Origin: Acidimicrobiia bacterium
Lineage (GTDB): Bacteria; Actinomycetota; Acidimicrobiia; Spongiisociales; UBA11373
DNA: 64,000 bases
Direction: 5' to 3'
NCBI GenBank assembly: GCA_030584185.1
Contig: CP129495.1
Location: forward strand, 1,789,469-1,853,468
This document shows positions 1 through 9,877 of the stretch, piece by piece. How positions within the stretch are numbered: the first letter of the stretch is position 1; each line of letters begins with the position of its first letter. The notes beneath the pieces were generated by a model. That model worked only from the letters and a program-made list of their open reading frames with translations, ran no database searches and was not told the DNA's origin. The position numbers and the translations under genes are program-made.

Positions 1-725
1 TCGTGGCGTTCCCCGGCGACTACGGCGGCGACTACGCTGCCGGCGCCAAGATCGCCGCCGCTGCACTTGGCTTCGCCGACCCGCTGGAGATCCTGCAGAT
101 CCCCCAGTCGGCCGGCGGTGACTACACCGAGACGATTCCTGTTCTGCTGGCTGCACAGCCGGATCTGATCGTGTTCGTCACCGGTCCCACCGAGATGGCG
201 ACGGTGATCGGCGGGCTGGCCCAGGCCGGCTACATGACCTTCAAGGCCATGGGCGCCGGGCCCACCTGGAACGTGGCCCTGACCCAGAGCCCGGTGTTCC
301 CGGTGCTGGAAGCCGTGTTCTTCCAGACCGTCCCGTGGGGCGGGTGGGGGTACGACAGCGACGGCCACGCCGCACTGCGAGCGGCCGCCGAGGCGAGCGG
401 CCAGTCCCCCAACGGCGGATACATCGCCGGCTGGACCTGGCAGTACCCGATGCTTGCCGTTCTGCAGCAGGCCATCGCCGACAACGACCTGACCAGGGCC
501 AACCTGGCTGCGATCGCCAGGTCGCTGGAGGGCGTCGACTACGCCGGAATGCTGCCCGACCGGTCCTACACCGGGTCGGCGAACGACAACATCGAGCGCA
601 ACACGATCATCAACGTGCCCGATGCGGAGTCGCCCGACGGGTCGAGTGCCGTGACCGAGTTCTTCGTCAGCGAGGTGGCTGCGGAGTACGACATGTCGGC
701 TCCGTGCTACGCACCGAGCAGCTGA
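1..725 (+). CDS. ABC transporter substrate-binding protein (branched-chain amino-acid/LivK-like), 5' partial
   Basis: ORF runs off the window start; periplasmic binding-protein-like sequence; stop TGA at 723-725. Confidence 0.55.
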   Translation, partial: VAFPGDYGGDYAAGAKIAAAALGFADPLEILQIPQSAGGDYTETIPVLLAAQPDLIVFVTGPTEMATVIGGLAQAGYMTFKAMGAGPTWNVALTQSPVFPVLEAVFFQTVPWGGWGYDSDGHAALRAAAEASGQSPNGGYIAGWTWQYPMLAVLQQAIADNDLTRANLAAIARSLEGVDYAGMLPDRSYTGSANDNIERNTIINVPDAESPDGSSAVTEFFVSEVAAEYDMSAPCYAPSS

Positions 726-801
726 TCGACGACGCCTGATCGGATGATGAAGGGGGGAGCGGCCTTAGGGCCGCTCCCCCCTTCTCGATTCCGCTCGCCG
801 A

Positions 802-1395
802 TCACGCCCTGCTGACCACTCCCAGGCCGACCACGTCGTTGAGGGTGTCCAGCGCCGTGCTCAGCGGAAGGCCGGCCCGGCCTTCGAGGTCGGCCCGGAC
901 CACCGCCCACCCGGCCTCGAACAGGACCTCGGCGGCCGCCTCCGGGTCGAGCCCGGGACGGATCGAGCCCTCCCGCCGGCCCTGGGCGAGCACCTCGGCC
1001 ATCAACCCCCGGATGCGGGCTCGCTGCAGTTCGGCCGCCCGTTCCGCCACCGGACCGTCCACCAGGTGATCCTCGCCCATCAGGGAGGAGCGGAGCAGCT
1101 CGTCCTCTCCGTAGTGGGTGGCGGCGACGGCCACCAGGGCGCCGAGCCGGTCGGGTGCAGTGCCCGGTCCCCGCAGGGCCGCCTCCGCCCTGGCCACGAA
1201 CCGCTCCAGCGAGTTCTCGACGACCTCGAAGTAGGCGGCCTCCTTGGAGGGGAAGTGCAGGTAGAAGGATCCCTTCCCCACCTCGGCGGTGCGGGTCATC
1301 TCGTCGACGGTGGCCCTTCGATACCCGAACCGCCGGAAGTGGTGCTCGGCGGCGGCGATCAGGCGATCACGGACCTCGGATGGGGCGGTGGACAA
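802..1395 (-). CDS. TetR family transcriptional regulator
   Basis: N-terminal HTH 'RRATVDEMTRTAEVGKGSFYLHFPSKEA' typical of TetR. Confidence 0.8.
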   Translation of the reverse strand: MSTAPSEVRDRLIAAAEHHFRRFGYRRATVDEMTRTAEVGKGSFYLHFPSKEAAYFEVVENSLERFVARAEAALRGPGTAPDRLGALVAVAATHYGEDELLRSSLMGEDHLVDGPVAERAAELQRARIRGLMAEVLAQGRREGSIRPGLDPEAAAEVLFEAGWAVVRADLEGRAGLPLSTALDTLNDVVGLGVVSRA

Positions 1396-1463
1396 CGGGC
1401 GGCTCCTGTTGCGAACGACTGACCGGAATCCTAGTCTGGTCAGAACTCACCACGGGGGAGACC

Positions 1464-2639
1464 TTGCAGTACCCGCGTCAGCCTTCCCGCTACCTCGACG
1501 AGGACCTCGACCAGTTCCGAACGGTGGTCGCGTCCTTCGTCGATCGGGAGATCCGCCCCAACGCCGACGAGTGGGAGGCGGCCGGGTCCATCCCCATCGA
1601 CCTGTACCGCAAGGCCTCGGCGGCCGGGCTGATCGGGCTGCGTTACGACCCCAGGTGGGGCGGGGGCGGGGGCGGCTACCTGGCCACCTGCGTCCTCTGC
1701 GAAGAACTGGTCAAGGGGGACAGCGTGGGAACCGCCGTCGGTCTCATGGCCCAGTCCGAGTTCGCCATCTCGGTGCTCGCCGACGAGGCCACCGACGACA
1801 TCAAGGAGCGGTTCCTGGCGCCCGCCATTCGCGGCGAGCTGATCGGCGCCATCGGGGTGAGCGAGCCCGACGCCGGCTCCGACGTGGCCGCCATCACCAC
1901 CCGGGCCCGACGCGACGGCGACCACTTCGTCATCTCCGGCCAGAAGACCTACATCACCAACGGGACCCGTGCCGACTTCATCACCCTGGCGGTGCGCACC
2001 GGTGGCGAGGGGAGCGCCGGCATCTCCCTGGTGGCCTTCCCCACCGACACCCCCGGGTTCTCGGTGGGCCGCAACCTCCCCAAGTTGGGATCCCGCGCCT
2101 CGGACACCGGCGAGCTCTTCTTCGACGAGTGCCGGGTGCCGGTCGCCAACCTGGTCGGGGAGGAGGGCCGCGGCATGCGCTACATCCTGTCCCACTTCGC
2201 CGGCGAGCGGCTGGTGATCGCCGCCTTCGCCGTGGGGATCATGGAGCGGCTCATCGAGCTCGGGGTGGAGTACTCCTCCCAGCGCCGGACCTTCGGCCGT
2301 CCCATCGCCTCCTATCAGACCTGGCGGCATCGCTTCGCCGAGATGGCCACCCGTCTGGAGACGACCCGCCTGCTCGCCTACCAGTCGGCCGACCTGCTCG
2401 ACCGGGGAGAGCCGACCGGGGAGATGGCGGTGGCGATGGCCAAGGCCCACGCCGCATCCTCGGTTCAGTTCGTCGCCGCCGAGATCCTGCAGCTCCATGG
2501 CGGGTTCGGGCAGATGGAGGAGTCCCCGATCCCGCGCTACTACCGCGACGTGGCCGGTTTCTCCATCGGGGCCGGCACCACCGAGATCCAGCGGGAGATC
2601 ATCTCCCGCCACCTGATGCGAGGAGAGGAGGCTCCATGA
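1464..2639 (+). CDS. acyl-CoA dehydrogenase
   Basis: ACAD motifs (YITNG, GGxG, C-terminal 'EIQREIISRHL'); N-terminal part of the track ORF is GC-shadow; TTG/GTG start near 1464 is uncertain. Confidence 0.8.
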   Translation: MQYPRQPSRYLDEDLDQFRTVVASFVDREIRPNADEWEAAGSIPIDLYRKASAAGLIGLRYDPRWGGGGGGYLATCVLCEELVKGDSVGTAVGLMAQSEFAISVLADEATDDIKERFLAPAIRGELIGAIGVSEPDAGSDVAAITTRARRDGDHFVISGQKTYITNGTRADFITLAVRTGGEGSAGISLVAFPTDTPGFSVGRNLPKLGSRASDTGELFFDECRVPVANLVGEEGRGMRYILSHFAGERLVIAAFAVGIMERLIELGVEYSSQRRTFGRPIASYQTWRHRFAEMATRLETTRLLAYQSADLLDRGEPTGEMAVAMAKAHAASSVQFVAAEILQLHGGFGQMEESPIPRYYRDVAGFSIGAGTTEIQREIISRHLMRGEEAP

Positions 2640-3490
2640 GCGAGCGAGTGGGTGCGATCGATGCCTGGATGTCCATCATGTCGCCGGAGACCGCCGAGCG
2701 CTGGCCCGACTCCTTCTGGCACATCTTCGGGAAGTACGGCGTCGAGGATCGCTTCCGGCAGGGGTTCACCCTCGATCAGGTGCTCGCCGAGATGGACCAC
2801 GCCGGCGTGGACATAGGTGTGGCTTCGTCGTTCAAGTTCCTCGACACCTGGGTGGTCACCAACGACGAGACCGCCGCCTATGTGACCGAGGCGCCCGACC
2901 GCCTGGTGGGGTGCTTCACCGTCGACATCAGGGACCCGATGCCGGCGATGCGGGAGTTCCGCCGCTGCGTCGAGGAACTGGGGATGCGGATGTTCCGCCT
3001 GGAGCCGTACCAGTTCGGCGATGGCCGCACCTGGGCGTTCCCTCCTACCCATCGCATGTACTGGCCGTTCTACGTCGCCTGCGTGGAGTACGGGATCCCG
3101 ATCGCGCTCCAGGTGGGGCACACCGGGCCCCTGCTCCCCTCCGAGTGCGGCCGTCCCATCCACCTGGACGAGGTGGCGCTCACCTTCCCCGAGCTGGTCA
3201 TCCTGGGCACCCATGTGGGCAACCCGTGGGAGGAGGAGATGATGGTGCTCGCCTGGAAGCATCCCAACGTCTACGTGGAGACCTCGGCGCGACCCGCCCG
3301 CCACTGGCCGCAGCGGTTGAAGGAGTTCGCCGGGGGGTACGGTCAGGACAAGGTGATCTGGGCAACCGACTACCCGCTGCTCCCCTTCGACCGCACCGTG
3401 CAGGACGTTTACGACTGCGGGTTCTCGCCCGAGGCGACCACCAAGATCCTGCGGGGCAACACCGCCCGCATCCTCGGAATCGAGGCCTGA
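2636..3490 (+). CDS. amidohydrolase-2 family metal-dependent hydrolase
   Basis: ATG at 2636 overlaps the upstream stop (ATGA); TIM-barrel amidohydrolase-like sequence 'HVGNPWEEE...WATDYP'. Confidence 0.65.
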   Translation: MSERVGAIDAWMSIMSPETAERWPDSFWHIFGKYGVEDRFRQGFTLDQVLAEMDHAGVDIGVASSFKFLDTWVVTNDETAAYVTEAPDRLVGCFTVDIRDPMPAMREFRRCVEELGMRMFRLEPYQFGDGRTWAFPPTHRMYWPFYVACVEYGIPIALQVGHTGPLLPSECGRPIHLDEVALTFPELVILGTHVGNPWEEEMMVLAWKHPNVYVETSARPARHWPQRLKEFAGGYGQDKVIWATDYPLLPFDRTVQDVYDCGFSPEATTKILRGNTARILGIEA

Positions 3491-3492
3491 TC

Positions 3493-4497
3493 GTGCGCGC
3501 CCTGGTGCTGCACGGCCCCGGCAACCTGGAGGTGACCAGGGTTCCCGAACCGGTGCCGGAACCGGGCGAGGTGCTCATCTCGGTGCGGGCGGCCGGGATC
3601 TGCGGCACCGATCGTCACATCGTCGCCGGCGACCTACCGGTGCCGCCCGGGACCATCCCCGGGCACGAGGTGGCCGGCGTCATCGTGAAAGGCGTGGGGG
3701 AGTGGGAGCCCGGCCGGCGGGTCCTCTCCTACGGCCAGGTGGTGTGCGGTGAGTGCCGATCGTGCCGGGATGGGGCCTCCCATCGCTGCCGCCGCCCCCA
3801 GGTGCTGGGGATGAGCCGCCCGGGCGGCTTCGCCGAGGCCATCGCCGTGCCGGCGTCGCTCCTGGTGGCGGTACCCGACAAGGTCCCCGACGAGATCGCC
3901 GCCGTCACCCCCGATGCCCTGGCGACCCCGTATCACGCCCTCGTGGCGGTGGGGAGGATCACCGCCGGCGAGGCGGTGGTGATCGTGGGCACCGGCGGGG
4001 TCGGCCTGCAGGCGGTGGCGTTGGCCAAACATCTGGGGGCGGGGACCATCGTGGCGGTGGACCCATCGGCCCCGGCGCGTCAGGCTGCCCTCGCCGCCGG
4101 CGCCGACCATGCCGTGGACCCGGCGGACGGTGATGCACCGAAGGCGATTCACGCCGCCACCGGCGGGGCCGATCTGGCGCTGGAGTGTGTCGGCCGGGCC
4201 GAGTCGGTGGAACTGGCCATGGGGACGTTGGCCCCCGGAGGCCGGCTGGTGGTGGTGGGCGTCGGCCACGACCGGCCGCGGCTCCCCCCGCTGCTCCGTT
4301 TCGTCGCCGGTGAGTACGCCGTGCTCGGCTCCTTCGGGTCCACCATCGCCGAGATCGAGCACCTGCTGGCGACGATGGCCTCTGGTGGCCTGGACGTGCC
4401 CCACGCCGTCTCGCGCACCGTCGATCTCGACGACGCCTCGGCAGTGTTCCGTGAGCCGCCGACACCCGGCCGCACAGTGATCCGAATCCCCGAGTGA
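3493..4497 (+). CDS. zinc-dependent alcohol dehydrogenase (MDR family)
   Basis: 'GICGTDRH', 'GHEVAGVI', structural-Zn motif 'CGECRSCRDG', Rossmann 'GTGGVGL'. Confidence 0.85.
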   Translation: MRALVLHGPGNLEVTRVPEPVPEPGEVLISVRAAGICGTDRHIVAGDLPVPPGTIPGHEVAGVIVKGVGEWEPGRRVLSYGQVVCGECRSCRDGASHRCRRPQVLGMSRPGGFAEAIAVPASLLVAVPDKVPDEIAAVTPDALATPYHALVAVGRITAGEAVVIVGTGGVGLQAVALAKHLGAGTIVAVDPSAPARQAALAAGADHAVDPADGDAPKAIHAATGGADLALECVGRAESVELAMGTLAPGGRLVVVGVGHDRPRLPPLLRFVAGEYAVLGSFGSTIAEIEHLLATMASGGLDVPHAVSRTVDLDDASAVFREPPTPGRTVIRIPE

Positions 4498-4498
4498 G

Positions 4499-5284
4499 GT
4501 GATCCAGATGGAAGACGATGTCCTCTTCGACGAGACCGACGGGATCGCCACCGTCACCCTCAACCGGCCCGACCGGCTCAACACACTTGCCATCCCGACC
4601 GTCGACCTGCTGATGGAGGCGCTCGGCGAGGCCGCCGCCTCTCCTGCCCGGGTGGTGGTGCTCGCCGGGAACGGGAGGGTGTTCTGCGCCGGCGCCGACC
4701 AGGGCGAGATGGTGCCCCGGTCATCGGCGGAATGGGAGGCGATCGTGCGCCACTACCTGGACCCGATCCGGGCGCTGGTGGGCATGGACAAGCCGGTGAT
4801 CGCATCGCTCCACGGCGACACCGTCGGTGGCGGCCTCGGCCTGGCCATGGCCTGCGACATCCGGATCGCCGCCACCGGGATCCGCCTCGGGGCCCCATTC
4901 ACCAAGATCGGCCTCGCCGGATGCGACATGTCGGCCGGGTGGTTCCTGCCTCGCCTGATCGGGTTGGGTGCCGCCGCCGAGCTGATGTTCACCGGCCGCC
5001 TGGTGGATGCCGAGGAGGCGCTGGCGATCGGACTGGTCCATCGGGTGGTGGCCGCCGACGACCACGCCGCCGAGGTGCGGCGCTGGGCGGAGCGCATGGC
5101 GGCCGGGCCGCCGATCGCCCACGCCTGGACCAAGCGGGCCCTGCATCGCTCGCTGGGCACCGACATGGACGGCGAGTTCGAGTTCGAGATCTTCGCCCAG
5201 GTGCAGTGCCTGCAGACCGAGGATCACCGCGAGGGGGTGGCCGCCTTCCAGGAGCGGCGCCCGCCGGAGTTCCGCAATGCGTGA
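4499..5284 (+). CDS. enoyl-CoA hydratase/isomerase (crotonase)
   Basis: crotonase fold motifs 'TLNRPDRLN', 'FCAGAD', '[19 protein letters not shown]'. Confidence 0.85.
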   Translation: MIQMEDDVLFDETDGIATVTLNRPDRLNTLAIPTVDLLMEALGEAAASPARVVVLAGNGRVFCAGADQGEMVPRSSAEWEAIVRHYLDPIRALVGMDKPVIASLHGDTVGGGLGLAMACDIRIAATGIRLGAPFTKIGLAGCDMSAGWFLPRLIGLGAAAELMFTGRLVDAEEALAIGLVHRVVAADDHAAEVRRWAERMAAGPPIAHAWTKRALHRSLGTDMDGEFEFEIFAQVQCLQTEDHREGVAAFQERRPPEFRNA

Positions 5285-6422
5285 CACGCCCGAGCGCTCC
5301 CGGTTCCGGGAGGAGGTGGCACGATTCGCCGCCGCCGAGGTGGCGCCGAACCTTCGGGAGTGGGATGAGTCCGACGCCTACCCGCAGCACCTGTTCCCGC
5401 GCCTCGGGGCCTTGGGCTGGCTGGGTGTCGGGATTCCCGAGGAGGTGGGCGGGTCCGGGGGAGGCCCGTTGGATCGCTGCGCCTTGTTCGAGGAGCTGGC
5501 GGCGGTGTCGCCCGGTGTCGCCCTGGGCATCTACGTGCACGCCGTCCTCGCCTCGGGCGCTCTGGCGACCGTCGCCTCACCCGACCTTCGGCAACGGTTC
5601 CTACCCGGTCTGCTCGCCGGCGAGGTGACCGGGGCCTGGGCGTACGCCGAGCCCGAGGCAGGCGCCGACGTGACCCGGGTCCGGCTGGCGGCCCGTCGCC
5701 ACGGGTCCGGCTTCGTGCTCGAGGGGACCAAGCTCTACATCACCAACGGCACCTTCGCCGACCTGATCCTGGTCGTCGCCCGAACCTCGGGAGAGCCGGG
5801 GTCGCTGCGCGGGCTGACCGTGTTCGCCGTCGACGGGGAGTCGCCCGGCCTGTCCCGACGCCCGATGGCCAAGCTGGGCATGCACCCGTCTGAGCTGGCG
5901 GAGCTCCACTTCGACGGCGTGGAGGTCGCCGCCGACCGGGTGCTCGGTGACGACGAGGGAGGCTTCCGGGCCTGCCTGCCGGTGCTCTCCCAGGGTCGCA
6001 TCTTCGGCGGGGTCATGGCGGTCGGCCTCGGCCGGGGCGCCCTCGGCGCCGCCGTGGCCCACGTCGCCGCCCGGGAGCAGTTCGGCGGACCGCTCCACAG
6101 GCAGCAGGTGGTGCGCTTCACGATCGCCGACATGGCGGCACGCCTCGCCGCCGCCCGTGCCCTGGTGTACGGCGCCGCCGCCGACCTCGAGGCGGGACGG
6201 CCGTACGACACGGCGGCGTCGGTGGCCAAGCTGGCCGCCTCCGAGACCGCCACCTGGATGGCGGAGCGGGCCATGCATCTTCACGGCGCCGCCGGCTACG
6301 TCGCCGGAAGTCCGGTGCAGCGGTTCTACCGCGACTGCAAGATCATCGAGTACGGCGAGGGTGCCAACGAGGTGCAGCGGGAGATGATCTTCGAGGCGGC
6401 TGCCAAGGGATGGCGGCCCTGA
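5277..6422 (+). CDS. acyl-CoA dehydrogenase
   Basis: ATG at 5277 overlapping the hydratase end; ACAD motifs (YITNG, 'EYGEGANEVQREMI'). Confidence 0.85.
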   Translation: MRDTPERSRFREEVARFAAAEVAPNLREWDESDAYPQHLFPRLGALGWLGVGIPEEVGGSGGGPLDRCALFEELAAVSPGVALGIYVHAVLASGALATVASPDLRQRFLPGLLAGEVTGAWAYAEPEAGADVTRVRLAARRHGSGFVLEGTKLYITNGTFADLILVVARTSGEPGSLRGLTVFAVDGESPGLSRRPMAKLGMHPSELAELHFDGVEVAADRVLGDDEGGFRACLPVLSQGRIFGGVMAVGLGRGALGAAVAHVAAREQFGGPLHRQQVVRFTIADMAARLAAARALVYGAAADLEAGRPYDTAASVAKLAASETATWMAERAMHLHGAAGYVAGSPVQRFYRDCKIIEYGEGANEVQREMIFEAAAKGWRP

Positions 6423-6429
6423 CGGGGGT

Positions 6430-7617
6430 TCATACGACGCCGCGCCGGCGCAGGTCGGCCACCTCTGCACGCGAGTAGCCGACCTCGGTGAGCACCTCAT
6501 CTGTGTGCTCGCCGATCGTCGGGGGTCGTCTCCTCGGACGGGGGATCGAACCGTCGAAGGAGAGGGGGAGTGCCGCCACCGGGACCTCGCCGGCTCCGGG
6601 GATGGTCATCTCCTCGAAGATGTCGAGGGCCGACACCTGGGGATGGGTGAGCGCCTGTCGCGGCGTCAGCACAGGGCCCGCCGGGATCCCGGCCTCGGCG
6701 AGGTCGTCGAGAGCTGCGGCGGTGCTGCGCTCCTGGCACCACTCGGCCATGCGGCCGCACAGCAGGTCGGCGTGATCGCCCCTTCCGGCGTCGTCGCCGA
6801 ACCTGGGGTCCTCGGACCACGCCGTCTCTTCGACGAGCGCCGCCCAGCGGCGGAACTGGGCGTTCCCCACCACCTGGACGACGATCCAGCCGTCCCGAGT
6901 GGCGAAGACGTCGGCGGGGGCGGCCACCTGGGCGCGGTTCCCGGTGGGGACCCGATCGCATCCGAGCACGGCCTGTTCGGCGAGCACCGGGGCGGCGATG
7001 GCCAGGGCGGTACCCAGGAGGCTCCCCTCGACGGTGCCACCTCTCCCGGTCCGCTCTCGATCCCAGAGGGCGGCCACGGTGCCGAGTGCCGCCATCGTCG
7101 CCGAGGCGAAGTCGACCCACTGCACGTATGACTTGACCGGCGCGCCGGGTCCGCCCGACAGGTGCGCCGCTCCCGACATCACCTGGCCGACGGCGTCGAA
7201 CCCGGGTCGTTCCGCCCAGGGGCCGGCATCGCCGAAGGCGCTGACTGTTGTGAGCACGATGCGGGGGTCGATCGCCTCGAGGGAGGCGGCATCGATCCCC
7301 ATCCTCCGCAGTGCACCGTCCGGGAGGTTGGCCACCACGACGTCGACGGTGGCCAACAGCCGCCGCAGCACCGCGGCTCCCGCCTCGCCGGTGGGGTCCA
7401 GGGTGATCCCTCGCTTGTTGCGGTTCACTTCGAGGAACATCGCCCCGTTGCCTTCGCCCCCGAGGGGCATCAGGTGACGATCCTCGCTGCCGCCCACCCG
7501 GTCGACCCGGATCACGTCGGCGCCGAGGTCACCGAGCATGGCGGCGCACAGCGGGCCGGCCACGTAGCGACCGAAGTCGAGGACCCGGAACCCGTCGAGG
7601 GGCCGGGGAGCCGTCAC
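6430..7617 (-). CDS. CoA-transferase family III (CaiB/BaiF-like)
   Basis: 'FRVLDFGRYVAGPLCAAMLGDLGADVIRV' N-terminus; GTG start at 7617 overlaps the upstream TetR stop (GTGA). Confidence 0.8.
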   Translation of the reverse strand: MTAPRPLDGFRVLDFGRYVAGPLCAAMLGDLGADVIRVDRVGGSEDRHLMPLGGEGNGAMFLEVNRNKRGITLDPTGEAGAAVLRRLLATVDVVVANLPDGALRRMGIDAASLEAIDPRIVLTTVSAFGDAGPWAERPGFDAVGQVMSGAAHLSGGPGAPVKSYVQWVDFASATMAALGTVAALWDRERTGRGGTVEGSLLGTALAIAAPVLAEQAVLGCDRVPTGNRAQVAAPADVFATRDGWIVVQVVGNAQFRRWAALVEETAWSEDPRFGDDAGRGDHADLLCGRMAEWCQERSTAAALDDLAEAGIPAGPVLTPRQALTHPQVSALDIFEEMTIPGAGEVPVAALPLSFDGSIPRPRRRPPTIGEHTDEVLTEVGYSRAEVADLRRRGVV

Positions 7618-8219
7618 GGGGCGAGCGCCCTGGTGAGCAGGGCCAGGGCGGACTCGAGGTCGTCGGCATCGGGATGCTGCGGCGCCCCCAGGTGGGCCCG
7701 CCCCTCGCGCAGCACCATCATCCCGAGGAACGCCGACCACAGGAGGTCGGCCGCCACCCTGGGCTCGGCCACACCCAGGGCCGCCATCAGATCGGAGAGG
7801 CGTCGGAAGTTCTCGCCGGTCCTTCGGATCAGGTCGGTGGCCACCTCGGGGGCCACCTGCTCCGGGCGGGGATGGGCCAGGTAGGTGGAGACGTGCACGT
7901 ACTCGGGGTGTCGCTCCTGCACCTCACCGAAGAACCGCCACAGCCGGTCAAGCTTCTCGGCGGGATCGCCTCCGGCGTCGAGGATGGTGTCGAGGCCTTC
8001 GGCCCAGAACTGCGACGCCTCGCCCAGCAGCGAGATCATGATCTCGTCCTTGCTGGAGAAGTAGATGAACAGGGTCGCCTCCGAGAGCTCGCATCGCTCG
8101 GCGATCTGACGGGTGGTGGTCCCGGCGAACCCATGGCGGCGCACCAGGTGGCGGGTGGCGTCGAGGATCGCCCGCCTCCGCTCCTGGCGTTCCCGCTGCC
8201 GCCGTTCCTGGGTGCCCAT
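7614..8219 (-). CDS. TetR family transcriptional regulator
   Basis: HTH 'TTTRQIAERCELSEATLFIYFSSKDEI'. Confidence 0.8.
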   Translation of the reverse strand: MGTQERRQRERQERRRAILDATRHLVRRHGFAGTTTRQIAERCELSEATLFIYFSSKDEIMISLLGEASQFWAEGLDTILDAGGDPAEKLDRLWRFFGEVQERHPEYVHVSTYLAHPRPEQVAPEVATDLIRRTGENFRRLSDLMAALGVAEPRVAADLLWSAFLGMMVLREGRAHLGAPQHPDADDLESALALLTRALAP

Positions 8220-9097
8220 CAGGCCCTTCTGCCCAAGGCGAGCATCTGGCGCGCCTCGGTGGGGGAGGCCGGCTCGACTCCCAGCTCACCCATGATGCGC
8301 ACCGCCTTCTCCACTATCTGGCCGTTGGAGGAGGCGAGCTCGCCGGGGCCGATGTAGACGTTGTCCTCCATGCCCACCCGCACCTGGCCGCCCATGGCCA
8401 GCACGGCCCCGAGCATGCGGAAGTGGTTGCGGGCCCCTATCGCCGACACCTGCCACACCGCACCGTCGGGGAGTCCGTCGACCAGGAACACCAGGTTCTT
8501 CACCGTCGCCTCGGTGATCTCCCCCGGGATCCCCATGACGAAGTTGATCAGCATCGGATGCTCCAGCACCTCCCGGGCGATCAGGTCGCGCACGTTGTTG
8601 AGCATCCCGGCGTGATACACCTCCAGCTCGGGTCGCACCCCGTTGTCGCGAAACTCCCTGGCCACCCGCTCCAACTCGCCGTGTGATGAGAACAGGGGCA
8701 CGAAGCGGTCGTTCACCCAGGCCCCGGCGGCAGGGTCGTACCGTCCCAACAACGCCCCGCCCCCGACGCTGAAGGAGGCGATCTCGGGTCTCAGCTCGGG
8801 GACGACCCGGATCCGCTCCTCCAGGGGGATCCCGGCGACGGCGCCCCCGGTGGTCAGGTTGAGCACGGCGTCGCAGCCCGCCGCTCGGATCCCGTCGACG
8901 ATGGTTCGGAAGGTCTCGACGTCCGAGGTGGCCTTCCCGGCGGCATCGCGGGCGTGGATGTGGAGGATCGCCGCCCCGGCGTTCCATGCCTCCATCGCCT
9001 GGGCGACGATCTCCTCGGGCTGTTCCGGCAGGGCGGGATTGGCCTCCTTGCCCTGTTGGGCGCCGGTGAGGGCGCAGGTGACGATGGTCCGGTTCAC
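8219..9097 (-). CDS. beta-keto acid cleavage enzyme (BKACE/DUF849, 3-keto-5-aminohexanoate cleavage enzyme-like)
   Basis: 'VNRTIVTCALTGAQQ...' N-terminus typical of the Kce family; GTG start at 9097 preceded by GGAGG; upstream stop overlaps. Confidence 0.65.
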   Translation of the reverse strand: MNRTIVTCALTGAQQGKEANPALPEQPEEIVAQAMEAWNAGAAILHIHARDAAGKATSDVETFRTIVDGIRAAGCDAVLNLTTGGAVAGIPLEERIRVVPELRPEIASFSVGGGALLGRYDPAAGAWVNDRFVPLFSSHGELERVAREFRDNGVRPELEVYHAGMLNNVRDLIAREVLEHPMLINFVMGIPGEITEATVKNLVFLVDGLPDGAVWQVSAIGARNHFRMLGAVLAMGGQVRVGMEDNVYIGPGELASSNGQIVEKAVRIMGELGVEPASPTEARQMLALGRRA

Positions 9098-9876
9098 TTC
9101 TCGCCTCCCTCGAACTCGGCGGGCCGCTTCTCCAGGAACGAGCCCATCCCCTCCTTCTGCTCCCTGGTGAGCCAGTTGAGCACCACGGTGTTGATCGAGA
9201 AGTCGATCGCCGCCTCCAGGTCGGTGGTCATCCACTTGTGGATGATCTCCTTCTGGGTGGCCAGGGCTGGTGCCGGTTTGGAGCCCAGCAGGTCCACCCA
9301 TCGCTCCACCTCCGTGCCCAGATCTGCCTGCGGGACGGCGGCGTGGATCAGCCCCCGTGCCAGGGCCTTGGCGGCATCCCAGCGTGCTCCGGTGTACGCC
9401 AGCTCGCGTGCCCCCTGGATCCCGACCGCCAGGGGCAGGATCGCCGCCTCGACGATGGCGGGGATCCCTCGATCGATGTTGGGCAGCCCGAAGGTGGAGC
9501 GATCGGAGGCGATCATGAAGTCGCAGGAGAGTGCCAGTTCCAGCCCGGCGCCCAGGCACAGCCCGTCGATGGCCGCGACGATCGGCTTCTCGGTGGTGCG
9601 CAGCGCCAGGAAGGTACGGTGCAGCTCCCGGCCCACCTCGCGCACCTCGGGTCCCGACATGTCCCGCACCCAGGCGACGTCGATCCCGGCGCTGAACGCC
9701 CGGTCCGAAGCCGAGTCGATCAGGATCACGCCCACCTCGGGATCGGCGGCAGCCTCCTCCAGGGCGTGTCGGATCTCGGTGAGCATCGTCGCGTCGATGG
9801 CGTTGAGCACCTCCGGACGAGCGAGCGTCATGTGGTAGGTGCGTCGCTGGCGCCTGCAGGCGATGGTCGTGGTCAT
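9094..9876 (-). CDS. enoyl-CoA hydratase/isomerase
   Basis: crotonase motifs 'FSAGIDV', 'AAIDGLCLGAGLELALSCD'. Confidence 0.85.
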   Translation of the reverse strand: MTTTIACRRQRRTYHMTLARPEVLNAIDATMLTEIRHALEEAAADPEVGVILIDSASDRAFSAGIDVAWVRDMSGPEVREVGRELHRTFLALRTTEKPIVAAIDGLCLGAGLELALSCDFMIASDRSTFGLPNIDRGIPAIVEAAILPLAVGIQGARELAYTGARWDAAKALARGLIHAAVPQADLGTEVERWVDLLGSKPAPALATQKEIIHKWMTTDLEAAIDFSINTVVLNWLTREQKEGMGSFLEKRPAEFEGGEK

Positions 9877-9877
9877 C

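Noticed and set aside
1289-3490. 733-aa plus-strand ORF
   Set aside because: The Arg/Gly-rich N-terminus is shadow sequence of the acyl-CoA dehydrogenase gene in another frame. The real CDS starts at ATG 2636.
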